DNA from: an uncultured Collinsella sp.
Lineage (GTDB): Bacteria; Actinomycetota; Coriobacteriia; Coriobacteriales; Coriobacteriaceae
Reading direction: 5' to 3'
NCBI GenBank assembly: GCA_902489855.1
Contig: CABUBS010000001.1
Location: 1-44,446, forward strand
Length of the DNA stretch: 44,446 bases
Shown: piece by piece, positions 25,545 to 35,124 of the stretch
Numbering within the stretch: the stretch's first letter is position 1
Layout of the letters: each line of letters starts with the position of its first letter
The notes under the pieces: generated by a model
The model's database searches: none
The model's input: only the letters and a program-made list of their open reading frames with translations
What the model was told of the DNA's origin: nothing
Made by a program: the position numbers and the translations under genes

Positions 25545-26453
25545 ATGGACTGCTATTTCGGTATAGATGCGGGCGGCACTCAGGTGAAATGGGCGGTGGT
25601 GAACGCCGACTACCACATTGAGGAGCACGGAAGTATCCCAACATGCACCTCGCCCGCCGACCAGGTTATCGAAACGTTCCGCTCGGTGATCGAGCCCCAT
25701 CGCGCCCGGGTGAGGGGTGTGGGAATAAGTATGCCCGGAGTCTTTTCCGAAGGCGATTCCGATGGCGTGGTTGGGGGAGGCGGCGCCCTTCACTGTTTGG
25801 ACGGATATCCGCTCGGTCGCATCTTGCGCGAGAGCGCGGGGCTTCCCGTAACCATCGAGAACGATGCGATGTGCGCGGCACTGGGAGAATATGCCGTCGG
25901 CGCGCTGAAGGGGGTCTCCCTGGGGTTGATGGTGGTGATCGGTACGGGTCTCGGCGGTGCCATCGTTGCTGACGGTCACATCTTGCGAGGCGCGCACAAT
26001 CTCGCCGGCACCGTGTGCTTTGTGAGCAACGATGTGCGCAAGCCCGTGACCTTTGGGTCGGTGTACGGTGATGTCACCAGCTGGCGGGCGCTCCGAGACC
26101 AGGTGTGTGCGGCGAAGGGGATTGATCCGACCGATGATATCGACGGATATCGGATTTTCTCTTGGATTGAAGAGGGGGATGAGGACGCTCGTCGCGGTCT
26201 GGATGCATACGCGTTGGTCTTCGACAACATGCTGATGGGGTTGCAGTCGGTCATCGACCCTGAGGTCATCGTGGTCGGCGGCGGAATCAGCGCCCGTCCC
26301 GAGCTGTTTGAGGCATTTGAGCGCATGATGGATCAGGCTCACGTTCTTCCCATCATACCGAGGCCCTGCATCAAGCCAGCACAGAACGGCAACGATGCCA
26401 ATTTGCTTGGCGCTGTGCGCACGCTGCGCCGCTCGCTTGGCGAGTGCGATTGA
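25545..26453 (+). CDS. ROK family sugar kinase
   Basis: GIDAGGTQVK, ENDAMCAALGE, GTGLGG, GGGIS, NDANLLGA. Confidence 0.9.
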   Translation: MDCYFGIDAGGTQVKWAVVNADYHIEEHGSIPTCTSPADQVIETFRSVIEPHRARVRGVGISMPGVFSEGDSDGVVGGGGALHCLDGYPLGRILRESAGLPVTIENDAMCAALGEYAVGALKGVSLGLMVVIGTGLGGAIVADGHILRGAHNLAGTVCFVSNDVRKPVTFGSVYGDVTSWRALRDQVCAAKGIDPTDDIDGYRIFSWIEEGDEDARRGLDAYALVFDNMLMGLQSVIDPEVIVVGGGISARPELFEAFERMMDQAHVLPIIPRPCIKPAQNGNDANLLGAVRTLRRSLGECD

Positions 26454-26501
26454 TTGGCGGCTGGTGGCCCGACTCGCGGCCTCCTGTCCTAAAAAAGAGT
26501 A

Positions 26502-26585
26502 TGGGCTCCTTCGTTCATTCGAACGAAGGAGCCCACGTTTTGTAAGGGGCCTCCTGGCGAATTTTCATTCGCCAGGAGGCCTTTT
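26502..26585 (+). terminator. Two consecutive perfect 15-bp hairpins ending the PTS operon
   Basis: tgggctccttcgttc/gaacgaaggagccca and ggcctcctggcgaat/attcgccaggaggcc, each followed by Ts. Confidence 0.7.
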
Positions 26586-26607
26586 GCCGGGGGCGAAACA
26601 TGCCCTT

Positions 26608-26808
26608 GGGCAGTTGGTTCAGATACGTATTTTTCAGAGGGTGTGTAAAGGCCGACCTGAGCCCGATTGGGCTGAATTTGACTATCTGAACCGGTGGAGA
26701 CGCTCATATAAGGGGGAGAAAGGTTGTCATGGGGCTCAAAGTGACTTCAAACCACTCTATTAGCGCCAAGAAGCACGGCCAAAAAATACGTATCTGAACT
26801 AACTGTCC
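26608..26808. repeat. 201-bp MITE-like element with 27-bp terminal inverted repeats
   Basis: gggcagttggttcagatacgtattttt versus aaaaatacgtatctgaactaactgtcc (2 mismatches). Confidence 0.7.
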
Positions 26809-26882
26809 ACAACCCTCCGCAAACCTTTCATTCCAACCCAAATCAGCCAACGTACGTCATAGCAATCCCCGGTAGGTCGAGG

Positions 26883-26970
26883 GGTGCTTTGCGGGCGGGA
26901 CAGGCTTTATCTGAACGACTTTGCAAAGCAACCGGAGTGAAGATAAAGCCTGGCCCGCCCGCAAAGCACC
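26883..26970. repeat. 30-bp inverted repeat containing GGGACAG
   Basis: ggtgctttgcgggcgggacaggctttatct versus agataaagcctggcccgcccgcaaagcacc (1 mismatch). Confidence 0.8.
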
Positions 26971-27065
26971 ACGCAGACCGCAGGGACGGGAGCAGCTATA
27001 CTACTCTCAGTAGTTAAGGGTCGCGGATCCGCCGCGTCACCGCTCTCAACAGGAGGTCTTTGTTT

Positions 27066-27530
27066 ATGGCAGATCAAAAGCCGGTTGTCGGGATCATCAT
27101 GGGTTCCAAGTCCGATCTGGGCGTTATGGAAGGTTGCACCGCCGAGCTCGAGGCGCTGGGTGTGCCCTATGAGCTCGTCATTGCGAGCGCGCACCGCACG
27201 CCGGCGAAGGTCCACGAGTGGGCTTCGACTGCCGCCGATCGCGGTATCAAAGTGATTATCGCCGCCGCCGGCAAGGCCGCTCACCTGGGTGGTGTCGTGG
27301 CTGCCTTTACGCCGCTGCCGGTTATCGGCGTGCCTATGAAGACGAGTGACCTGGGCGGCATGGATTCGCTGCTGTCGATGGTGCAGATGCCTTCGGGCGT
27401 GCCCGTGGCCTGCGTTGCCATCAACGGCGCCAAGAACGCCGCCATCTATGCCACACAGATTCTGGGTGCTTGCGACCCCGAGTACCGCAAGGTTATCGAG
27501 AAGATGAAGCAGGAGATGGCTGACGCCTAA
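27066..27530 (+). CDS. purE: N5-carboxyaminoimidazole ribonucleotide mutase
   Basis: IIMGSKSD, SAHRTP, AAHLGG, VQMPSGVPVA. Confidence 0.97.
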   Translation: MADQKPVVGIIMGSKSDLGVMEGCTAELEALGVPYELVIASAHRTPAKVHEWASTAADRGIKVIIAAAGKAAHLGGVVAAFTPLPVIGVPMKTSDLGGMDSLLSMVQMPSGVPVACVAINGAKNAAIYATQILGACDPEYRKVIEKMKQEMADA

Positions 27531-27565
27531 GCATTCCGCCGTTTCACCGCAGTATAAGGAGAGCC

Positions 27566-28564
27566 ATGTCCGATTATCAGGGAAAACGATTCAAGGCTTC
27601 TCAGATTCCCGATCCGTCGAAGCCGGGTGCTGCCCATGCGGCGCAGCAGGGTCGGACATCCTCTCCTCAGCAGCCGCGTGCGCCGCGCCCCGTGACACCG
27701 GCGACGCATCGTCGACAGGACGCGCCGGCCGCATATCGTCCTTCGTCTTATAGCTCCGCTAAGAAGCCGCCCCGGTCTTCATCGCATGCCGCGCCGTCGG
27801 ATTACACCGAGCCGCCGCGCAAAAAGCGCCGCTCCATTATTCCCATTCTGCTCATCATCATCGGTATCGGCCTGATTGTCGCCGCCGCCGCTATCTTTAT
27901 TAATGCCCAGATTGGCTATAAGCAGGCGAGCGATTCGTATCAGAAAATCGAGAAGCAATATGTAAGCGATAAGGACGCCAGCGGCGTGCCGATTATCGAC
28001 TTTGATGCGCTTGCTCAGACGAACCCCGAGATTGTGGGTTGGATTTACGTGCCGGGAACCAACATCAACTATCCCGTGGTGCAGACCAACAACAACTCCA
28101 AATACCTCAACACGCTGTTCGACGGAACGGCTAACGCGTCCGGTGCCATTTTCCTGGATAGCGATGACACCGCGCCGGGAATGGTCGACCAGCAGACCAC
28201 GATCTACGGCCACCATATGAACGATGGGTCGATGTTCAACGTGATTTCGGACACCACTGATCAGGCGACGTTCGATAGCATTGAATATGTGTACTACATC
28301 ACGCGCGATGCGACGTATAAGCTGCGTCCGCTGGCGACCAAGGTGGTCGAGGACACGTATGCCAAGGCGCGCACGACCAATTTTGAGGGCGACGACGGAC
28401 TCAAGAACTACCTGTCCGAGATGCTCGACGGCGCTTCTGCCGTGGCGAGTGATGCCACCGATCGTGCCGCTTCGGCAACTAAGGTTGTAACGCTTGTGAC
28501 CTGTCGTTCGCTGTCGCTGAGCAACACACGCGCCGTCATGGTGCTCACGCCGGTCGAGGAATAA
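27566..28564 (+). CDS. Class B sortase with a long cytoplasmic N-terminal extension
   Basis: TM anchor, NPEIVGWIYVPGTNINYPVVQ, IYGHHM, TLVTC...R. Confidence 0.9.
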   Translation: MSDYQGKRFKASQIPDPSKPGAAHAAQQGRTSSPQQPRAPRPVTPATHRRQDAPAAYRPSSYSSAKKPPRSSSHAAPSDYTEPPRKKRRSIIPILLIIIGIGLIVAAAAIFINAQIGYKQASDSYQKIEKQYVSDKDASGVPIIDFDALAQTNPEIVGWIYVPGTNINYPVVQTNNNSKYLNTLFDGTANASGAIFLDSDDTAPGMVDQQTTIYGHHMNDGSMFNVISDTTDQATFDSIEYVYYITRDATYKLRPLATKVVEDTYAKARTTNFEGDDGLKNYLSEMLDGASAVASDATDRAASATKVVTLVTCRSLSLSNTRAVMVLTPVEE

Positions 28565-28573
28565 GTTGTTCGA

Positions 28574-28610
28574 GAGTAGCTAAAAAGGCCCCGTCCCAAA
28601 TTGGCTACTC
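28574..28610 (-). repeat. GGGACRG-loop hairpin (REP-like)
   Basis: gagtagctaa-aaaggccCCGTCCCaaa-ttggctactc. Confidence 0.7.
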
Positions 28611-28628
28611 GACGACGGTAAGGGAGAA

Positions 28629-29048
28629 ATGATGCTCGAGAGTGGCAAATTGATGCCTTCGATTGATGCTTGGCTGCGCGAGGCCAAGGCCGATGCTTCG
28701 GCGGCAGGCTGTGGGATGTATCTGACGCATAACGGTGTGGTGCGCGCGACGCCCAAGGCCGAGGTGCGCGGAGTCGAGACCGATGGCGTGGCGCCAGGCC
28801 ACAGGGTGGGCGGCATGGTCTTTGACTACGACGCCGAAAAGGTACGGTCTGCTATCGAGGCCACGCGCGCGATGCCGGGTATCGGCTATGTGCGCGTGTG
28901 GCTGGCAAGCGGCGGGCTTGCCGTAGGTGACGACATCATGCTCGTGCTTATCGGCGGGGACATTCGCCCACACGTGGTCGATGCGCTGCAGGCGCTCGTT
29001 GGCACCATCAAGAACGAATGCGTGAGTGAGGTCGAGCGCGAGGCGTAG
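28629..29048 (+). CDS. MoaE-like molybdopterin synthase large subunit
   Basis: GMYLTHNGVVR, LAVGDDIMLVLIGGDIR, IK. Confidence 0.8.
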   Translation: MMLESGKLMPSIDAWLREAKADASAAGCGMYLTHNGVVRATPKAEVRGVETDGVAPGHRVGGMVFDYDAEKVRSAIEATRAMPGIGYVRVWLASGGLAVGDDIMLVLIGGDIRPHVVDALQALVGTIKNECVSEVEREA

Positions 29049-29078
29049 AGGCTTGCGTCGATAGAAGGATCGTTTATA

Positions 29079-29117
29079 AAAATGCCCACCGGTACGTGTG
29101 ATACCGGCGGGCATTTT
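29079..29117. terminator. Bidirectional terminator between convergent genes
   Basis: aaaatgcccaccggta/taccggcgggcatttt. Confidence 0.8.
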
Positions 29118-29138
29118 GCGTTTTGGGCGCGGTTGGCG

Positions 29139-30368
29139 CTACACGCGCGTCGCATCCTTGGGGCTCATGGTCATGCTCTGGAAGCGATTCTCCATAAAGT
29201 CATTATCGAAGTACTTGCCGTAGAACTGCGCAACGGGAATATCCGGTTCCGTGCCGTTGACGCGCTGATACCAATAATCGAGCGACTGCAGCGTCATAAC
29301 GCCATCGACCAGCATAATGATGGTGAAGATGACGGTAGCCGAGTAGCGGCTCTTCCACGGAATCATGTTGATGAGCTTGAGCAGCCTCGGCAACAGCAGC
29401 TTGATCCAGATGAGGCCACCCAGGCCCCACAGGCAGGCGAAGCCCGTGCAGGTACGTCCGCCGGTAAGGACGGCGAGCGGATCGGGCATGCCAAAGAGCT
29501 TCATATGCGAGTAGCTCCACGAGACCACGCCAAACGAGGTCTGCATAAACCAGCCCACGAACACCTCAAAGCTTGCGCCGAGCAGCGCGCTCACCAAAAA
29601 GATAATGATGGGGTTCTTTTTGTAGAAGCGGTTGAGCACCATGGTCATGAGTACGGCGCCAAATCCGTAGATGGGGCTGAAGGGGCCAAACAGCATGCCG
29701 GCGCGGTTCTGGTAGACGCCCGGGTCGTCGACCGTCATGTGCCAGATGTCCTCGGCGATCAGGCCGAGTATGCAGCAGACAAAGAATACCCAGAACAGGT
29801 TGAAGTAGTTGAGCTTAATGTAGCCTTCGCCGGTTTCATCGCGCCCGAGCATGCCCTCGGCGGCGGCGTCGCGATCGAGCATTTCCTGCAGGCGGCGCTG
29901 CAGCTCGCGCTCCTGGCGCAGCGTGGGGTCGACGGTGGCCGAAAGCGCGACGAGGATGCCGAGCTGGATGGCAGGGCGCAGCAAGAAGGGCCCGATGCCC
30001 TGGAGCATCACGTCAACCAAAAGCTCGACGACGGTAAACGCGATAAGGATATAGGACAGACGGGCAGCGTTGCGGCGCTGGTTTTTGATAAGGTCCAGGC
30101 CAAAGATGATCAGGATGACGGCACTGGCAGCCGAGAGCATGATGCCGGCGACAATCAGTCCGACCGCGACGAGCGTGTTGTCGCCGAGCTTGGCGGCGGC
30201 GTTGCCGTTGATGAGCGCGGTGATGACCTGCCACATAAAGGCGCCGACCGAAGGGAGCGTGCCCACGCCGGACAGGATGCACAGGACGGCGTACACCTTA
30301 ATGATGAGGGGGATCTTCTTGACCTCCGTGGCGCTGGGGACGCTGGGGTCGAGTTCGTTTCGATCCAT
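29139..30368 (-). CDS. Membrane protein, CmpB-type putative ABC permease family
   Basis: NRAGMLFGPFSPIYGFG, WSYS, GRTC...WG motifs plus an extra N-terminal TM region; ATG 30368 after AAAGG. Confidence 0.8.
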   Translation of the reverse strand: MDRNELDPSVPSATEVKKIPLIIKVYAVLCILSGVGTLPSVGAFMWQVITALINGNAAAKLGDNTLVAVGLIVAGIMLSAASAVILIIFGLDLIKNQRRNAARLSYILIAFTVVELLVDVMLQGIGPFLLRPAIQLGILVALSATVDPTLRQERELQRRLQEMLDRDAAAEGMLGRDETGEGYIKLNYFNLFWVFFVCCILGLIAEDIWHMTVDDPGVYQNRAGMLFGPFSPIYGFGAVLMTMVLNRFYKKNPIIIFLVSALLGASFEVFVGWFMQTSFGVVSWSYSHMKLFGMPDPLAVLTGGRTCTGFACLWGLGGLIWIKLLLPRLLKLINMIPWKSRYSATVIFTIIMLVDGVMTLQSLDYWYQRVNGTEPDIPVAQFYGKYFDNDFMENRFQSMTMSPKDATRV

Positions 30369-30662
30369 ATAGAACCTTTCTCGTTTTGCTGTAGGTACAA
30401 GGATACGCCGCCGACCTGCTAAAAGACAGGACAAACGACCCAATTGCAGCAATGTAAGCCCTAGCGGTGGACGAGACGCGTCGCAACGGAAGTATGCGGG
30501 ATCGTCGGCCCCGAGGCGGTTGCCCAATAAAATGTTTGGCTGCAAAACGGATTATAAGCTCGGTGGGCTTTTAAAAAGCGCTGTTCATGCGCGGGAGTGC
30601 TTGTCTTGCCGTGCGTATAATAGGGCAGGTAACGCCAAATAACGAGGCTCTGAGGGGATGCC

Positions 30663-32386
30663 ATGTCTCAAGAAACCATCCACGCGGCCGAGCGCGCCGC
30701 GGGACAGGTGAAGACCATGTCGACGTATGATCCGGACTCCGACCAGCTGCATGAGGAATGCGGCATTTTTGGTGTGTGGGCGCCCGATCGCGACGTGGCT
30801 CGACTGACGTACTTTGGCCTGCGTGCACTGCAGCACCGCGGCCAGGAATCGGCGGGAATCGCCGTGGGTGACGGCGGCACGGTTATGGTTCGCAAGGACC
30901 TGGGCCTGCTCGACCGCGTGTTCTCCAACGCCGACCTGTCGACGCTCTCCGGCCAGCTGGCCGTGGGCCACGTGCGCTATGGCACTGCCGGTGCCAAGAG
31001 CTGGGAAGCCTCGCAGCCGCATCTTTCTACCATCAACAGCGTCATTATCGCGCTTGCTCACAACGGCACTCTGGTCAACACCGACGAGCTGCGCCGCCAG
31101 CTGATCGAGCTGGGCGTGCCGTTCCTCTCCAATTCGGATTCCGAGGTCGCGACCAAGCTTATCGGCTACTTTACCCAGCGTACGGGTCATCTGCGTGAGG
31201 GCATTCGCAAGACCATGGAGCTCGTGCGCGGCGGCTACGCCATGACGCTCATCAACGAGCGGGCGCTCTACGCATTCCGCGATCCGCACGGCATTCGCCC
31301 GCTCGTGCTGGGCAAGCTGGTGGACGAGGGTCTGGACCAGGCCGATGCCGCATCCGTTTCGCAGCTGCCCTCGCAAGACGGCGCCGCGACGGTCGACTCC
31401 GCCGTCCATGTCACGCGCGCCGGCGGCTGGGTCGTTGCTTCCGAGACCTGCGCACTCGACATCGTGGGCGCCGAGTACGTCCGTGACGTCCGTCCCGGCG
31501 AGATCTTGCGCATCAGCGCCGAGGGTCTGGTATCCGAGCAGGGCGTGCCTGCAGCCGAAGAGCCCGCCAACTGCATCTTTGAGCAGGTCTACTTCGCCCG
31601 TCCCGACTCCATCATGAACGGCAAGAGCGTTTACGCCTGCCGTTACCAGACCCTCGGCGCTGATGCGCAAGATCTCGCCGGGACGGACCCTGCCGTTACG
31701 ACATGGGTCGTCAGCTGGCACATGAGGAGCCCGTCGAGGCCGACCTGGTCATCGGCGTGCCCGACTCCGGCCTGCCGCCCGCGGAGGGGTATTCGCACGA
31801 GAGCGGTATTCCCTTTGGCGAGGGTCTTATCAAGAACCGCTACGTGGGCCGTACGTTTATCGAGCCTACGCAGGAGTTGCGCGCCATGGGCGTGCGCATG
31901 AAGCTTAACCCGCTGCGCGACAACATCGAGGGCAAGCGCCTCGTCGTGATCGACGACTCCATCGTGCGTGGCACCACTATGGTGCAGCTCGTCAAGATGC
32001 TGCGCAACGCCGGCGCCAAGGAGATTCATATCCGCATCAACTCGCCCGAGGTCATCTGGCCGTGCTTCTACGGTATCGATACCGACGTGCAGTCGCAGCT
32101 TATCAGCGCCAACAAGACGGTCGACGAGATTTGCGAGTATATCGGCGCCGATTCGCTGGCCTTCCTTTCGGTCGAGGGCCTGCTTAAGGTCATGCCCAAG
32201 GGCGGTTACTGCGATGCGTGCTTTACCGGCCGCTACCCCGTGGCGATTCCCGAGAGCTTTGGCCGCGATAAGTTTATGGAGGGCTTTAAGCCCCGCAACC
32301 TGGATAAGCCGCTGCACTTTGACGACGACGCCGTGGTCGAGAAATACGACGACCGCAGCTGGGAAGAGGAGCACGGCGAGGCCTAA
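30663..32386 (+). pseudogene. purF: Amidophosphoribosyltransferase, frameshifted by a 53-bp insertion (possibly an artefact)
   Basis: EECGIFG, QHRGQESAG, CIFEQVYFARPDS in one frame; VPDSG, KNRYVGRTFI, VIDDSIVRGTT in another; break at 31636-31699. Confidence 0.92.
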
Positions 32387-32388
32387 AG

Positions 32389-32421
32389 CCTGCCATGTAG
32401 GGACAGGTTTATTCTGGTAGG
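32389..32421 (+). repeat. GGGACRG-loop hairpin (REP-like)
   Basis: cctgcca-tgtaGGGACAGgtttattc-tggtagg. Confidence 0.6.
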
Positions 32422-32542
32422 TTTTACCTGCTGTTTTGTTGATATGACGGCGTGTGCTGTTATGGCACACGCCGAAATGAACGCAACTATGAGCACCGTT
32501 TGGCGCCCGCGCGGCGGACGGTAGTGGGAGAGGAAGGCTCAG

Positions 32543-33646
32543 ATGAGCGACAGCAAGCATGTGACGTATGAGGATGCCGGCGTCGATACCGCTGAGGGCG
32601 GCCGCGCCGTCGACGCTATTAAGCAAATGGTTAAGGACACCAACCGTCCCGAGGTCATCGGCGGCATCGGTGGCTTCGGTGGCCTGTTCTCGGCCGCCGC
32701 GCTTAAGGATATGGAAGACCCGATTCTGATTAGCGGTACCGACGGCGTGGGCACCAAGCTCGTGCTCGCTCAGATCATGGACCGTCACGAGACGGTGGGC
32801 CAGGACCTGGTCGCCATGTGCGTCAACGACATTTTGGCTTCGGGCGCCGAGCCGCTGTTCTTCCTGGACTACGTTGCCATCGGCCACATCGAGGCCGAGC
32901 ACATGGCAAAGATCATCAAGGGCGTGGCCGACGGCTGCAAGCTCGCGGGCTGCGCGCTCGTGGGCGGCGAGATGGCCGAGCACCCGGGCGTCATGGCTCC
33001 GGCCGACTACGACCTTGCCGGCTTTACCGTGGGCGTCGTCGACCGTCCCAAGATGCTCGACCCCGCGAATGTCCGTCCCGGCGACGTGATCCTGGGCCTG
33101 CCTTCCACCGGCGTGCACTCCAACGGCTACTCGCTCGTGCGCAAGGTCATCGGCGTCGACGGCATTAAGCCGGGCACGCCCGAGGCCGCCGCTAAGGCCG
33201 AAGAGCTGAGCCGCCCGCTCGAGGAGCTCGGTGGCGCATCGCTGGCTGACGCTCTGCTGGCCCCCACGCGCATCTACGTCAAGCCTATTCTGGAGCTGCT
33301 GCGCGGTGGCGCTCCGGTGCACGCCATCGCCCACATCACTGGCGGCGGTATTACCGAGAACCTCAACCGCGCGCTCGCCGACGACGTCGACGCCGTGGTC
33401 ACCCGCAACGGTGCCGAGATGGGTTGGGACGTTCCGCCCGTCATCACCTATGTGTCGCGCCAGGCCGAGCTCGCGCCCAATGAGGCATGCAAGACCTTCA
33501 ACATGGGCGTTGGCCTGTGCCTGATCGTCGCCCCCGAGGACGAGGCCGCGGTGACCGAGGCTCTGGTCGCGCTGGGCGAGAAGCCGTTCCGCGTGGGCGA
33601 GTGCGTCGAGGGTTCCGGTAAGGTCGTGTACTCCGATGAGCGCTAA
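32543..33646 (+). CDS. purM: AIR synthetase
   Basis: YEDAGVD, TDGVGTKL, GGEMAEHP, HSNGYSL, HITGGG, TFNMGVG. Confidence 0.97.
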   Translation: MSDSKHVTYEDAGVDTAEGGRAVDAIKQMVKDTNRPEVIGGIGGFGGLFSAAALKDMEDPILISGTDGVGTKLVLAQIMDRHETVGQDLVAMCVNDILASGAEPLFFLDYVAIGHIEAEHMAKIIKGVADGCKLAGCALVGGEMAEHPGVMAPADYDLAGFTVGVVDRPKMLDPANVRPGDVILGLPSTGVHSNGYSLVRKVIGVDGIKPGTPEAAAKAEELSRPLEELGGASLADALLAPTRIYVKPILELLRGGAPVHAIAHITGGGITENLNRALADDVDAVVTRNGAEMGWDVPPVITYVSRQAELAPNEACKTFNMGVGLCLIVAPEDEAAVTEALVALGEKPFRVGECVEGSGKVVYSDER

Positions 33647-34337
33647 CGAGCAGATGACTGCCGCCGAGGGCCTGGATTTTGTGCCCTATACCCGTCCGAC
33701 CGGCACCGATACGGCCGAGCCGCTCAAGATCGGTGTGCTCATCAGCGGTTCGGGTACCAACCTGCAGGCGCTGATCGATCTGATCGCCGCCGGCAAGCTC
33801 AACGCTTCGATTGAGCTTGTGGTGTCGAGCCGTCCTTCGGCTAAGGGTTTGCAGCGCGCTGAGCGCGCGGGCATCCAGACGCTCACGCTGTCCAAGGATG
33901 TCTATGCCGACCCTATTGCCGCCGACGAGATCATCGCGCACGAGCTTCTCGAGCGCGGCTGCGAGTATGTGGTCATGGCCGGCTACATGCGCATGGTGCA
34001 CACGCCTCTGCTGGCGGCGTTTCCCAACCGCGTGGTCAACTTGCATCCGGCGCTGCTGCCGAGCTTTACCGGTGCGCATGCGATTGACGACGCCTTTGCG
34101 CGCGGCGTCAAGGTGACCGGCGTGACCGTGCATTTTGCCAACGAGATTTACGACAACGGTCCCATCATCGCCCAGCGTGCGCTGGCTGTTGAGGAGGGCT
34201 GGGATGTCGACACGCTCGAGGAGCACATCCATGCGATTGAGCATGTGCTGTATCCCGAGGTCGTGCAGATGCTCGCCGACGGCCGTGTTCACGTGCTGGA
34301 GAGCGGCAAGGTCGCAATTGACGTGCCTCGCGGCTAG
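33636..34337 (+). CDS. purN: GAR formyltransferase
   Basis: SGSGTNLQAL, AGYMR, NLHPALLP, GVTVH. Confidence 0.96.
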   Translation: MSANEQMTAAEGLDFVPYTRPTGTDTAEPLKIGVLISGSGTNLQALIDLIAAGKLNASIELVVSSRPSAKGLQRAERAGIQTLTLSKDVYADPIAADEIIAHELLERGCEYVVMAGYMRMVHTPLLAAFPNRVVNLHPALLPSFTGAHAIDDAFARGVKVTGVTVHFANEIYDNGPIIAQRALAVEEGWDVDTLEEHIHAIEHVLYPEVVQMLADGRVHVLESGKVAIDVPRG

Positions 34338-34415
34338 CGGCGCACAGTACAATTTAGCCGAGTAGTCAGGGTGGTCATTGGCGCCAAGGCGCGCGTGGCC
34401 ACCTTTTGTTTTGGG

Positions 34416-34471
34416 TAGTTATCGGGGACGGTCTTTAACGACTGGTCATTCAAGAACGTCTCCGATGGCTA
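34416..34471. repeat. Degenerate inverted doublet of GGGACRG units
   Basis: tagttatcGGGGACGGtctttaacgac versus gtcattcaagaacgtctccgatggcta. Confidence 0.6.
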
Positions 34472-34489
34472 GGTGAGAGAGGTGAGCGC

Positions 34490-34954
34490 ATGGCGGATAA
34501 CGAAGCGCTGTTTGCGCCTGAGCTGGTGTTTTTTGATTGGGAGTGTGCAACGCCGGATGAGGTGTTTGCGCGGCTCGAGGGCGAGCTTGCCCCGCGCGGC
34601 TACATTGCCGACGGTTGGCTCGACGCCGTTCGCACGCGCGAGGATGCCTATCCCACGGGTCTTGCCATGCCGGCGGCAAACATTGCCATTCCGCATACCG
34701 ATCCGGGGTTTGTGGCCAAGCCCTATATCGCGGTGGTGAAGCCCGCCGCGCCCGTGACATTTAACGCCATGGCTGGCATGGGCGCTCCGGTGCCGGCGCA
34801 GATCGTCATCAATCTGGGCATCGCCGAGCCAGGCGGCCAGGTCGAGGCCCTACAGGCGCTCATGAACATCTTTATGGATGCCGATGCCGCAGCCGACGTG
34901 CTCGGCCAGACCACGTCCCAGGGCATGGTCGACGCCATCCGCCGTCACTTCTAA
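34490..34954 (+). CDS. Stand-alone PTS EIIA (fructose/mannitol/galactitol type)
   Basis: REDAYPTGL, IAIPHTD. Confidence 0.88.
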   Translation: MADNEALFAPELVFFDWECATPDEVFARLEGELAPRGYIADGWLDAVRTREDAYPTGLAMPAANIAIPHTDPGFVAKPYIAVVKPAAPVTFNAMAGMGAPVPAQIVINLGIAEPGGQVEALQALMNIFMDADAAADVLGQTTSQGMVDAIRRHF

Positions 34955-34964
34955 GGTGGGGCTG

Positions 34965-35057
34965 AGTCGGCACTTGGGGACTGTCCCTAACTGCCGGCTG
35001 CCAGAGCCGTCCCCTTTGCACCAAAATGGTGCAGATTAACCTGTCCCCAATGCACCA
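34965..35057 (-). repeat. Cluster of GGGACRG-loop units
   Basis: agtcggca...ggggactgtccct...tgccggct; ccgtcccctttgcacca; tggtgca-gattaacCTGTCCCcaa-tgcacca. Confidence 0.7.
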
Positions 35058-35124
35058 AGCGTGCCGCGAGGGCTGCGTTGTGACACAATGGCGTTTGTTC
35101 GATTCGTTATGCGAAAGGCCGACT

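Noticed and set aside
26975..27065. ZTP or purine riboswitch upstream of purE (also looked before purA, purF and purM)
   Set aside because: The conserved riboswitch core motifs were not recognisable by eye. An Infernal/Rfam scan would be decisive.
31320..31425. Low-complexity ~35-aa insert in PurF (and an insert in CarA) as possible inteins
   Set aside because: Far too short and lacking intein terminal motifs; probably lineage-specific loops.
31643..31703. Programmed frameshift in purF
   Set aside because: No slippery site; the frame change is fully explained by the 53-bp insertion.
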